Source: Pseudonocardiales bacterium
GTDB lineage: Bacteria; Actinomycetota; Actinomycetes; Mycobacteriales; Pseudonocardiaceae
DNA length: 64,000 nucleotides
Direction of reading: 5' to 3'
Assembly (NCBI GenBank): GCA_052390495.1
Contig: JBQTGW010000240.1
Coordinates: 33,232 to 97,231 of the forward strand
Below, one piece after another: positions 55,001 through 63,493 of this stretch. A program made the translations under genes and the position numbers. The first letter of the stretch is position 1, and every line of letters starts with the position of its first letter. Below the pieces are notes generated by a model that saw only the letters and a list, made by a program, of their open reading frames with translations, was not told the DNA's origin and did not search any database.

Positions 55001-58000
55001 AGCAGCGGCCCGCCAGGACGCAGATCGGTGTCTTTGTTACCCCAGAAGGAGTCCAGCAGACCGAAGATCGGGGCGAGCAGGAGCTCGTTATGGGTCTCCA
55101 CCGCCAGCAGGTGCCCGCCCTCGGTCAGGAGATCACCGATGTGGTGCAGGGTTCGGGCGAGGTCGCTGGTGGCGTGCAGCACGTTATCCGCAACCACCAG
55201 GTCGAACGAGCCTGGGGTGAAGCCCTGTTCGGTCGGGTCGGTTTCCAGATCCAGGCGCTGGTAGTGGAGGAAGTCGAAGGCCGCGAAACGTTGCTGCGCC
55301 GGGGGGAAGAAGGCCGTGGAGATATCGGTGTAGGTGTAGTGGGTTCGTTCCGGTGGCAGATGCGGGAGGAGTCCGGCGGTCAGGCCACCAGTACCGGCGC
55401 CGACCTCTAAAATCCGCAGCGGCCGGTCTGCGGGCCAGTCGGCCACAGCGGTGCACAGCAACCGCTGGACCATCTGGTGGTGATACTGACAAACCGGTGC
55501 GCTGTCGTAGAAGTGGGCGGCGAGAGCGTCGGTGTCGGAGAACAACAAATCCAATGGGTCCTGATCGCCGCGCAGGACTGCGGCCAAGTGACGCCCGCAC
55601 ACCCCATATCCGTGCAGGACGACGTTTCCGGCGGGAGCGTCGCGCAGCAGGGCCTGAAACAGCTGCCGGGGCGTCGGCTCACCGGCCAGACGCCAGCGCC
55701 CCGGGCCCGCCTCGGCCAGCAGACCGTGCCGGGTGGCCATGCCGATCAGGGTGGTCAGGAGCCGGTGGTGGGTGGGACGGACACCGGCCGCGAACAAGTC
55801 ATCGACGGTGAACGCATCCTGTCCAGGCAAGAACTCGCGCAGCGCGGCGGCGGCGAAATGCGCGTTCAGCTCCAGCGCCCGGGGCGTGTACTGAGCGTAG
55901 GGGTGGGCATGCCACTGGTCAGTGACTGTTTTCAGCTCTTCGGCGCAGGCGTTCAGAATGTCACCCGGAGCCGGCCGGGGGCACGGGGCTGCAGCGGTGG
56001 TTGCGGGCAGTGGGGCGGCCCGCAGCACCTCGGTCAGCCGGGTGGGCTCGGGTCGGCGGGCGGCATCGAAGCGGCGTAGTCGGCAACCCAGCAGCTGCAT
56101 GGCGATCAGGCCGTCGGCGTCGGTGACCGTCAGGTCCCACGAGGCATCCTGCGCGGTCACGGTGCGGGCATGCACATGGACCAGCCCGGCGGCGGGCATC
56201 GGCTGCCAGCAACGCACCGTCTCAATGCCGAGGGGCACGAACGGAACGCGTTCGTCGGCGACGGCTGCCAGCAACGGCAACCCGGCCTGCAAGGCGCCGT
56301 CGAGCACGCTCGGATGCGCCATGTGCGCCTCGCCGACCTCCACCGCAGCGCGGTACTCGGCCAGTACCTCACCGCGTCCGGACCACAGCCGCCGCAGCGT
56401 CTGGAACGCGGGACCATAGGGCAGGCCCGCACGGGCGCAGGCGGCATAGTGCTGCTCGGCGGTAAACATCTCGGGTAGGCGGGAACGGATCGCCGCCACG
56501 TCCACCGTCGGCGGCCGCTCGCGCAGCAACCTGCGCACCCGGCCCCGGGTGTGCTCGACCCAGTCTCCCTGCTCGCCGTCACGGCTGGTCACCGTGACGG
56601 CCCCGTCGCGGGTCAGGGCGGTGTGCAGGCGGATCTGCATGGCTGGGTCGTCCCACGGCAGGGTCAGTGCTCGCCTGATGGTCAGCCCAGTGATCTCAAC
56701 CGGCGCTTCGAACACTTCCTGCCCGGCAGCCAGGGCGATGTCCACATAGGCAGCCGCAGGCAGCACCACCGCCTGGCCGATCTTGTGGTCGGCCAGCCAC
56801 GCCAACGCAGCTGGCTCGATCTCCTGCAGCCAGGCCGGGACGGCGCTGGGCTGCCGGGCACCCAGCAACGGATGGCGTCCACCCGCAGGCGGGTCCTCGG
56901 CCACTCCCTCCTGCCACCACTCGGGGCTGCCGTTCCAGTGCCGCTCACGTTGCCACGGATAGGCCGGCAGAGCGATGACCCGGCCGCGGCGGGGAAAGAA
57001 CACCGACCAGTCGAGGTCGGCGCCAGCCGCCAGCAACTGGGCTTGGGCGGTGTCCAGGGCACCCCGCCCGGCGGTGGTGCGGGTCATGGTGGGCACGATG
57101 GCGATCGGATGCGGGCGATCGGTCGCCGCGCGGCGCAGATAGCTGCCCAGCACCGGATGCGGGCCGATTTCTACCAGCACGTCGCAGCCCTGCGCCCCGG
57201 TCAGTACGTCGACGGCGGCCCAGAACCGAACCGGCTGGCGCACATTGCGCCACCAGTACCCGGCATCGAGGTCCCCGCCGTCCACCCCGCCGCCGGTGAC
57301 CGTGGATATCAGTGGAATGCGGCTACTCGCCGGAACCAGACCGGACAGACCCGCCATCAGCGGGTCACACAGTGCGTCCATTGCCGGGCTGTGAAAGGCG
57401 TAGTTCAATCCCAGGTCGCGGAAGAACACCCCCTGCTCACGCAGCACGATGCCGAAAGCGGCCAGCGCCTCGGCGTCACCGGCCACCGTCACATCCCGGG
57501 CGCTGTTGACGCCGGCGACCACGAGCCGGTCGGTGTATCCGAGCGCACCCAGGCGGCGCTCGGCGTCGGCGGTACTCACGCCGACCGCGGCCATTCGCCC
57601 CGCACCCGCCGTGGCCGCCTGCGCCTGGCTGCGCTCGGCGACCACCCGGCACGCCGACGCCCGATCCAGTGCCCCGGCGCAGTAGGCCGCCGCCACCTCC
57701 CCGACGCTGTGCCCGGCCACCGCCGCCGGTGCCACCCCACGCGCGGCCAGCGCGGCCACCAGCCCGGCCTGGACGGCGAACAACAGGGGTTGGGCGATCT
57801 CGGTGCGTTCCCATCGACCCTGATCGGCCGGGCGGGCCAATTCCGCCAGCACCGACCAGCCCAACAGCGGAGTCAGGGCCTCGTCGACGGCAACGACCTC
57901 GGTGTGGAAGGCCGAATCTGTGGCCAGCAGCTCGCCACCCATCCCGACCCATTGGGTGCCATTACCATCGAAGACAAATCCCACGCGGCCACGCTCGACC

Positions 58001-59619
58001 GCCCTGGCTGACGCCCCACCCGAGGCCGGTTCACCCTCGGCCAGGGTGCGCAAGGACACCGCTGCTTCGCGCGAGTCGCCGGCCAGGACCACAATGCGTT
58101 GCTCATGGTGACCCCGGCGTCGGCACGCGGTGAACGCCGCATCATAAAACTCATCCGGCTCCAGCTTCTCCAGCCAATCAGCCCACCGGGCAGCCGCCTT
58201 GGTCAGCGCCTGTGGCGTGCGAGCCGAGATCACCACCGGCAACCGGCCCGGTGCCGTCGGGGCGGTGGGTCCTGGTGCCTGGCCGGCTGCTGAGCGATGG
58301 CCTGTCACGGGTGGTGCTGCGGCCAGCACAACATGGGCATTGGCGCCACCAAACCCGAAGGAATTGACCCCCACCACCTGACGGCCGGAGCCCTCCAGTG
58401 GGCGGACCGCAGTTACCGGCGCCAAGTTCAGACCGGCGAAGTCGATCAACTCACTGACCGGTTCGGCATGCAGTGTCGCCGGAATCCGCCGCTCACGCAG
58501 CACCAGCAGTGCCTTGAGCAGCCCTGCTACCCCCGCAGCAGCCTCCAGGTGCCCCAGGTTGGACTTCACCGAGCCGATGGGGAGCCCGGCCGACGCGCCC
58601 CGCCGGCTGCCCAGCGCCCGGCCAAGGGCCGCACACTCAACCGGATCACCTGCCGGTGTCCCGGTGCCGTGCGCCTCGACATAGGCCACCTCCTGCGGGC
58701 TTATGCCCGCAGCGGCATAGAGCCGCTCCAGCAGCGCGGCCTGCGCCTCGGCGTTGGGCAACGCCAATCCGGTGGTGCGGCCATCAGCGTTCACTCCGCT
58801 CGCGGCGATGACCGCGTGTACCCGATCCCCGTCCGCCAGTGCTACCCCCAACGGCTTGAGCACCAGCACGCCCGCCCCCTCCGAGCGCACATAACCGTCC
58901 GCCCGTGCCGAGAACGGCCGGCACCGACCGGTCGGCGACAGCATCGACGACTGCGAAAACGCCACGAAAGCGCCTGGGCCGAGCAGTGCGTTCACGCCAC
59001 CGGCCAACGCCAGACCACTGCGTCCAGAGCGCAATACCTCGCACGCCTGATGCACCGCAGTCAATGCCGAGGAACACGCGGTGTCCATCGCCGTTGACTG
59101 TCCCCGCAGGTCGAAGAAATAAGAGAGGCGATTAGCGGCATTACAGGCCGCCATGCCACTCGCCGTGTAGGCGTTGACCGTCCGCCCCCGCTGCCGTTGC
59201 AGGTCACCGTATTCGTGGGAAGACACTCCCATCATCACCGCAGTGTCACTGCCAGCCAGCCCAGCTGGGTCGACGCCCGCGTCGTCCAATGCCTCCACCG
59301 CGCACTCCAGCAGCAGCCGCTGCTGAGGATCCAGCCGCGAAGCTTCCTTCGGGGAGATTCCGAAAAACTCCGCGTCAAAACCAATGACATCCTCCAAGAA
59401 ACCGCCAGCCGCTGTGTAAGCCTTACCCGGGCGCAGTTGGCCCGGAACCACGAAATGTGCGGTATCGAACCGGTCCGCAGGTATCTCCCCGACCAGATCC
59501 AAGCCCTGCTCCAGGGCCCCCCACAGACCGTCGAGGGACGAGATTCCACCCGGCAGCCGACACCCCACTCCCACGATCGCTACTGCGGTGTCCGGCCAGC
59601 TGACCGACCTGACGTCCAT
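52069..59619 (-). CDS. single-module, fully reducing type I polyketide synthase: KS-AT-DH-cMT-ER-KR-ACP
   Basis: Approximate domain positions: KS 58303-59589 (DTACSSAL, EAHGTGT, GHLEAAAG). AT 57079-57987 (GHSVGE, YAFHS). DH 56074-56880 (HPLLGARQP). C-MT 55039-55581 (LEVGAGTGGLT). ER 53224-54171 (LVHGAAGGVGLAALQ). KR 52624-53166 (YLVTGGLSGLGAAT). ACP 52129-52356 (LGMDSLMG). The start at the 59619 ATG (MDVRSVSWPD) is preferred over the track start at 59718. Confidence 0.9.
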   Translation of the reverse strand: MDVRSVSWPDTAVAIVGVGCRLPGGISSLDGLWGALEQGLDLVGEIPADRFDTAHFVVPGQLRPGKAYTAAGGFLEDVIGFDAEFFGISPKEASRLDPQQRLLLECAVEALDDAGVDPAGLAGSDTAVMMGVSSHEYGDLQRQRGRTVNAYTASGMAACNAANRLSYFFDLRGQSTAMDTACSSALTAVHQACEVLRSGRSGLALAGGVNALLGPGAFVAFSQSSMLSPTGRCRPFSARADGYVRSEGAGVLVLKPLGVALADGDRVHAVIAASGVNADGRTTGLALPNAEAQAALLERLYAAAGISPQEVAYVEAHGTGTPAGDPVECAALGRALGSRRGASAGLPIGSVKSNLGHLEAAAGVAGLLKALLVLRERRIPATLHAEPVSELIDFAGLNLAPVTAVRPLEGSGRQVVGVNSFGFGGANAHVVLAAAPPVTGHRSAAGQAPGPTAPTAPGRLPVVISARTPQALTKAAARWADWLEKLEPDEFYDAAFTACRRRGHHEQRIVVLAGDSREAAVSLRTLAEGEPASGGASARAVERGRVGFVFDGNGTQWVGMGGELLATDSAFHTEVVAVDEALTPLLGWSVLAELARPADQGRWERTEIAQPLLFAVQAGLVAALAARGVAPAAVAGHSVGEVAAAYCAGALDRASACRVVAERSQAQAATAGAGRMAAVGVSTADAERRLGALGYTDRLVVAGVNSARDVTVAGDAEALAAFGIVLREQGVFFRDLGLNYAFHSPAMDALCDPLMAGLSGLVPASSRIPLISTVTGGGVDGGDLDAGYWWRNVRQPVRFWAAVDVLTGAQGCDVLVEIGPHPVLGSYLRRAATDRPHPIAIVPTMTRTTAGRGALDTAQAQLLAAGADLDWSVFFPRRGRVIALPAYPWQRERHWNGSPEWWQEGVAEDPPAGGRHPLLGARQPSAVPAWLQEIEPAALAWLADHKIGQAVVLPAAAYVDIALAAGQEVFEAPVEITGLTIRRALTLPWDDPAMQIRLHTALTRDGAVTVTSRDGEQGDWVEHTRGRVRRLLRERPPTVDVAAIRSRLPEMFTAEQHYAACARAGLPYGPAFQTLRRLWSGRGEVLAEYRAAVEVGEAHMAHPSVLDGALQAGLPLLAAVADERVPFVPLGIETVRCWQPMPAAGLVHVHARTVTAQDASWDLTVTDADGLIAMQLLGCRLRRFDAARRPEPTRLTEVLRAAPLPATTAAAPCPRPAPGDILNACAEELKTVTDQWHAHPYAQYTPRALELNAHFAAAALREFLPGQDAFTVDDLFAAGVRPTHHRLLTTLIGMATRHGLLAEAGPGRWRLAGEPTPRQLFQALLRDAPAGNVVLHGYGVCGRHLAAVLRGDQDPLDLLFSDTDALAAHFYDSAPVCQYHHQMVQRLLCTAVADWPADRPLRILEVGAGTGGLTAGLLPHLPPERTHYTYTDISTAFFPPAQQRFAAFDFLHYQRLDLETDPTEQGFTPGSFDLVVADNVLHATSDLARTLHHIGDLLTEGGHLLAVETHNELLLAPIFGLLDSFWGNKDTDLRPGGPLLVRQAWPQLLQDCGFTATVQTGDTAEPARSDYSVILTARGARNPRRTDIPQPARDVVGSSARRWLVTSAPGACEAEPDSGPQRELVAALRAQVEPSMARTVPAGEDAAQWTTLLTEHPGSVDIVVLVVARSAASPTQATEDAVRYCAVLRALATAHQQTVEQCQLTVWLVTSSADDAGCCPPTTPSAAAAWGAARGLANEHPELTVRRIVLVQPGHREYQTAAVVDRLVQELLARPEDDEVLLTPHGRFVSRVRPLAPPCRPSTTRAAYTLTLSSPGLRYQLGWRPTRIPEPQSGEVVIAVAAAGLNYRDIMISTGLVPSSRYSRWPDVADLGLECAGTVIAVGPDVAQPSVGDRVAGAALGCFGSHALGRADRLIPIPENMTFAEAATLPVVLLTVQHSLSHLARLAAGETILVHGAAGGVGLAALQYAQYVGARVIATAGTPAKRDLLHLLGIEHVLNSRSPHFADHILDLTGGDGVDVVLNSLSGDALVRSLGLLKPHGRFVELGKRDLLADTPLPSAPFLNNLTFFGVDVSPLLAQPSRLADAHLAAIGEALHSGSYRPLPHRTYPTTRIQEAFTCLQHSRHTGKIVVTFDEPVRVQQPTAGGVLDPHATYLVTGGLSGLGAATARHLAARGAGHLVLISRRGADAPEAPALLADLQARGVQVSAYAADVADPDALPGILEHLDASGRRLAGVIHAAMVNDDGWLTEFTDERVRAVLAPKMTGGHLLDQLTRHRKLDFFVVYSSVAALGGNARQAPYVAANLALDALVRDRRRAGLPALAIQWGAISDTGYIHRAQQHPDEAAYFGLGPLLAADALSALDELLAHPDAEVAAVGNFDWDTARRYLVPNLTAPRTATLLHASSDGTDDTHAADHLRTALATAPDPLVLVEDALAELLAQVLQTTAERIDRSRRPDQLGMDSLMGAELTTLIHQRIGCEIAVVELIGAPSLTTLAQRILIRLGHTSPGTSRAPAS

Positions 59620-60051
59620 AAATTCGCCCCCCAATACCGACAGATCGCACACCGCCATCGCACACCGCCCACAGCAGATCCAAGAACCGATCGCCGAAAA
59701 TCTTCCCAAGAAGTTCACCGCGAAATCAATTACCTCGATTCAGTGACTTCGCATCAATTCACTCGAACCACTGAATTCACAAAAATTGACCCGAAATAGT
59801 GGCGCTGCGAACCGTCGGCCCGATCTGGTGACACCACATCGATCCCACCCGTGCTCGATGCGTGAGGGCGCAGCCGGAAACGGCGACCGAACGTGCTGAG
59901 TAAACCCATTCAGGTCACCGCAAGGGGGAAGTGGCGCAGCGCGCGGTGGGGCGCCGGGCCACGGATCTTCCTCGTGGTGTACACGGACAGGCTGTTCAGG
60001 ATCACACAGGTGGTGGCACCGCCAGTCGGGTGATCCAGCACCCGAGGCCAC

Positions 60052-62082
60052 TCATGCGTTGCCGTCGAGGTAGGCCCTGGCTTGCAGGGTGAACAGCTCG
60101 GCGTACCCGCCGCCGAGGGCCATCAGCTCGTCGTGGGTGCCCTGCTCGGTGATCCGCCCGTGGTCCATGACGATGATCTGGTCGGCATGGCGGATGTTGG
60201 CCAGCCGGTGGGTGATCAACACCGTGGTGCGGGTAGGGCCTGCGCCGTCGCCCGATCCGCGGCCCGCTCGGCTGAGTGACTGGCGGGAGCTCAGCGATTG
60301 CAAGGATCGGAACACCGCATGCTCGGCTTTGGCGTCCAGCGCGGCGGTGGGTTCGTCGACGACGAGCAGGGGTGCGTCCCGGTACAGGCCACGGGCGACG
60401 CTGATCCGCTGCCACTGCCCGCCGGAGAGGTCGCAACCGTTCTGGAACTGGCGGGAGAGCACGCTGTCCCAGCCATGCGGAAGATCGGCGACAACGGCGT
60501 CGGCACCGGACTCGGCCGCGACGGCGGCGAGCACGCGGCGATCCGGGTCGGCGCGTTCCAGCCGGCCGATGCGGATGTTGTTCTCGGCGGTCATCGGCCA
60601 CTCGGCGGGGTGCTGCAGCACCAGCGCGACCTGTGAGTGCAGCTCGCGCTGGTCGACCTGCGCGATGTCCACCCCGTCCCAGCTCACCCGGCCCTGGTCG
60701 GGCAGGTAGAGCCCAGTGATCACCTTGGCCAGGGTGGACTTGCCAGAACCGTTCTCCCCCACCAATGCGACGACCTGCCCACGGCTGATCGTCAGGCTGA
60801 CGCCGTCCAGGGCCGGTTCGTCCTTCCCCGGGTAGCTGAAGGACACCTCGTGCAGCTCGATGAGTTTCGGATCATGCGGGAGTGCCGCCACGGCTACGGC
60901 CCGGTGCAGGCGCCGGCACTGATCCAGGCAGCTGGTCAGCAGGTCGAGGTAGAGGCTGTGCTCGTAGAGCCGGTTGGCGGCGTACACCGTGGTGGACGCC
61001 GCTGAACTGGCGGTGCGCATCGCCACCGCCGCGGCACCCGCCAAGGCCAGTGGCATTGCCCCGGTGTAAAGCAGTACGCCGAGGACCCCGTAGGCCAACG
61101 CGGTGCCGACCCCTGCCAGGGTCCGGCCGACCAGCCGGATCGCGGTCTTGTGGTGCTCGACCCGCACGGCCTCGGTGGTGAGCTGGGACCCGATCCGACG
61201 GTGCTCGCTGAGCAGAGTGTGCTGCGTGGTGAAGGCACGAACCTCGGCCGCCTGGTACCGACTGGTGATCATGTCACTGGTGATCCCCAGTCGGCGCATC
61301 CGCGAGACCATCCGCACAAACGACTGGTAAGACAGCATCGCGGCCCGCACGCTGGCCCAGCCATTGGGCAGCGCGGCCAGCAGTACCACGGGCGCCAGCA
61401 TGGGGTTGAGCAGGCCCGCGGTGCCGATCGCGGCGGCCAACGAGATCATCGAGCTGAGCAGGTTCCCGGCGTCGCTCACCCCTTGGCGGACACTCATGAT
61501 CCCCTGCGCCGAGGCCCGCCGCACCAGCTCCACGAAATCCGCGTCGTCGAAAGCGACCAGCTCCACCCCGATCACCGCGGCGTGCAGTTCATCCTGAACG
61601 CGCAGCTCCACCCGAGGGGCCAGGACGGCGTGCACGGCGCCGACCGTGGCGTCCAACAGCCCTCCCACAGCGTAGGAGGCCATCACCAAAGTCAGCGCAG
61701 GTAACGCCGCCACCACCCGCTGCGGCGTCGGGCCCTCCTCCAGCAGCTGGGTAAACACGTTCGCGGTAGCCAGCAAACCGAACGCGGTGGCGCATCCCGA
61801 GAGCAGCTCGACCACCGCCGCCAGCAACGTCAACCGCGGCGAAGTCTGCCAGGCCAGCCGCACCAGCATGCCCATCGCACCCGGAGCCGCCCGCAGCATC
61901 GAGCCGACACCGGCCCCGGCGACCGCCTCGTTCACCTTCGCCCAGGACGGGGTCTTGACATCGTCAACGCCGATCAGCGTCGGCTCGCCCGCGTCTGGTG
62001 CACCGACGCCCGGCGCTCGCCTGAACCTCAAGGTGGCCTCCCCGTACTCCGGCCCCCCGCCGCGCGCCGCCGCTGGAGCCAC
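60052..62082 (-). CDS. ABC exporter, fused permease and ATPase
   Basis: 676 aa: an N-terminal 6-TM domain, then Walker A (GENGSGKST), the signature LSGGQWQR and Walker B (LLVVDEPT). Confidence 0.9.
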   Translation of the reverse strand: MAPAAARGGGPEYGEATLRFRRAPGVGAPDAGEPTLIGVDDVKTPSWAKVNEAVAGAGVGSMLRAAPGAMGMLVRLAWQTSPRLTLLAAVVELLSGCATAFGLLATANVFTQLLEEGPTPQRVVAALPALTLVMASYAVGGLLDATVGAVHAVLAPRVELRVQDELHAAVIGVELVAFDDADFVELVRRASAQGIMSVRQGVSDAGNLLSSMISLAAAIGTAGLLNPMLAPVVLLAALPNGWASVRAAMLSYQSFVRMVSRMRRLGITSDMITSRYQAAEVRAFTTQHTLLSEHRRIGSQLTTEAVRVEHHKTAIRLVGRTLAGVGTALAYGVLGVLLYTGAMPLALAGAAAVAMRTASSAASTTVYAANRLYEHSLYLDLLTSCLDQCRRLHRAVAVAALPHDPKLIELHEVSFSYPGKDEPALDGVSLTISRGQVVALVGENGSGKSTLAKVITGLYLPDQGRVSWDGVDIAQVDQRELHSQVALVLQHPAEWPMTAENNIRIGRLERADPDRRVLAAVAAESGADAVVADLPHGWDSVLSRQFQNGCDLSGGQWQRISVARGLYRDAPLLVVDEPTAALDAKAEHAVFRSLQSLSSRQSLSRAGRGSGDGAGPTRTTVLITHRLANIRHADQIIVMDHGRITEQGTHDELMALGGGYAELFTLQARAYLDGNA

Positions 62083-62307
62083 TGCTCCGGGCGATAACCC
62101 TGCTATTCACTCACGAGCCCACAGGCTGAGCCCAGGCCAACATCATGATCACTTAAAGTTTATCCGTAGTGACCCCCAGTAGTCGTTGACATTCCCCCCA
62201 CCCCTCGCCCAGATTTCCCGCCCTCACCCCGCCAGATGATCGCCGTCCCGCCCAGCGCGATCGCCGCACCGCCCGCAATTCCTCTAAACAGCACCCCCTA
62301 ACGTGCC

Positions 62308-62409
62308 GAACCGCAATTCGGCTCCGAATAGCGCTCAGCAGGGTGCACAGAACCGCAATTCGGTTCCTAATCGCTGTCCCAACCCGGTGCGATTTGGCTC
62401 CTAATGGCG
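62308..62409. promoter_or_regulatory. three direct repeats (gaaccgcaattcggYtccKaat..) upstream of the ABC-exporter gene; candidate operator sites
   Basis: The copies are 62308-62333 (gaaccgcaattcggctccgaatagcg), 62350-62374 (gaaccgcaattcggttcctaatcgc) and a degenerate one at 62381-62409. They lie 230-330 nt upstream of the 62082 start. Confidence 0.3.
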
Positions 62410-62510
62410 GTCTAGTTCCGGGCTTACGGAGCTGCAAGGGGGCTCGGGCACGGCCTCGGTGTGCAGCGGGCGACCTGACGTTATGAGCTCAACACATTCA
62501 GTGACCTGAG

Positions 62511-62726
62511 TTAAGCCAGTGCTGCATTTAGATGCGATCGGACTACGTGTGCAGCGCTGTCCGGGCATTGCTGGTCGGTGTCTATCTGCACGTCGAAGTC
62601 ACCAATGCCGTGCCGCTCGATGTCTCGCCAGGTCTCGTCCCAGGCGGTGAGGCGGGCGTCGACGTCGGTCGATCCTCGTGCTGACATTCGCTGTTCAGCG
62701 ATCTCGCGGGGACACCACAGGAGCAC
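62511..62726 (-). pseudogene. C-terminal fragment of a P-loop kinase-like protein
   Basis: VLLWCPREIAEQRMSARGSTDVDARLTAWDE resembles the C-terminal half of small nucleotide/sugar kinases. The in-frame upstream sequence has no P-loop and hits a stop about 30 codons further up. Confidence 0.3.
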
Positions 62727-63389
62727 TGACAGCCAATCCGCAGGATACGAAGCGACGGCGCGTACGCCGGCTAGCTGCCCAGGGCAACGGCAAGTTCGCC
62801 GACTGTCGTGTGATCGTCATATCGAGTCACAGGTTGGGTGTGGGTTCACTCTGTCCGGAGCGGGTGCGCCGGGATCCCGGTCAGGTCTGGGCCCTCTCTG
62901 GCTACTGCGGGATCTTCCTGGTGCCGGGCCGGTGCCCTCTGATTGCTGTTTCGGCAGAGGAGGGTGCTCACCGGGTTGTGTTCTTCCGAGAAGGTGATCA
63001 GGGGCTGGGCTGGTGGCTGGTCGCGCTGGGCACGGCGGTCACTGGCTCCGGGGAGTGGGAGGTCTGTGCCTCCCCCGGTGTCATCGCTGGTCGATGCTGC
63101 CTGAGCAGGACCCCGCCCGCTCTGCCGGTCACCTGAAGTAACGTGCAACTACGGGCTGCGACCATGCTGTGGTCCTGTCCTGTCCTCACTCCCCATCCAG
63201 GTCAGCATCCGGTTCCGGGTGGTGCTCTGGGGGGTGCCCGTCACAGGGATCCGGTTCCGGATGGTGGTTTGGTGCTGGACTCCGGACCGTGATTGCTCCG
63301 GAACAAGGCGGCGACGGGGAAGGTGATCAAGGACATTTCGGTGGCCTGGGGTCTCGTGGTGCTGGGAGCGAGGCATGATCGCCGGAAGT

Positions 63390-63480
63390 GGGGGGGGGGG
63401 GGGGGGGGGGGGGACGCGGGGGCCCCAACCAACCCCGACCCGCCCCGGGGGGGGGGGGGGGGGGGGGTGGGGGGGGGGGG
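63390..63480. repeat. three long G homopolymers (24, 21 and 12 nt) within 91 bp
   Basis: G24 is at 63390-63413, G21 at 63447-63467 and G12 at 63469-63480, read directly from the sequence. Confidence 0.95.
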
Positions 63481-63493
63481 CCCGGGGGCCCGT

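Noticed and set aside
62727-63390. Several 60-150-aa ORFs on both strands between the kinase fragment and the poly-G tracts.
   Set aside because: They have no recognisable motifs, the frames are mutually overlapping, and they sit next to a probable assembly artefact. I cannot support any of them as genes.
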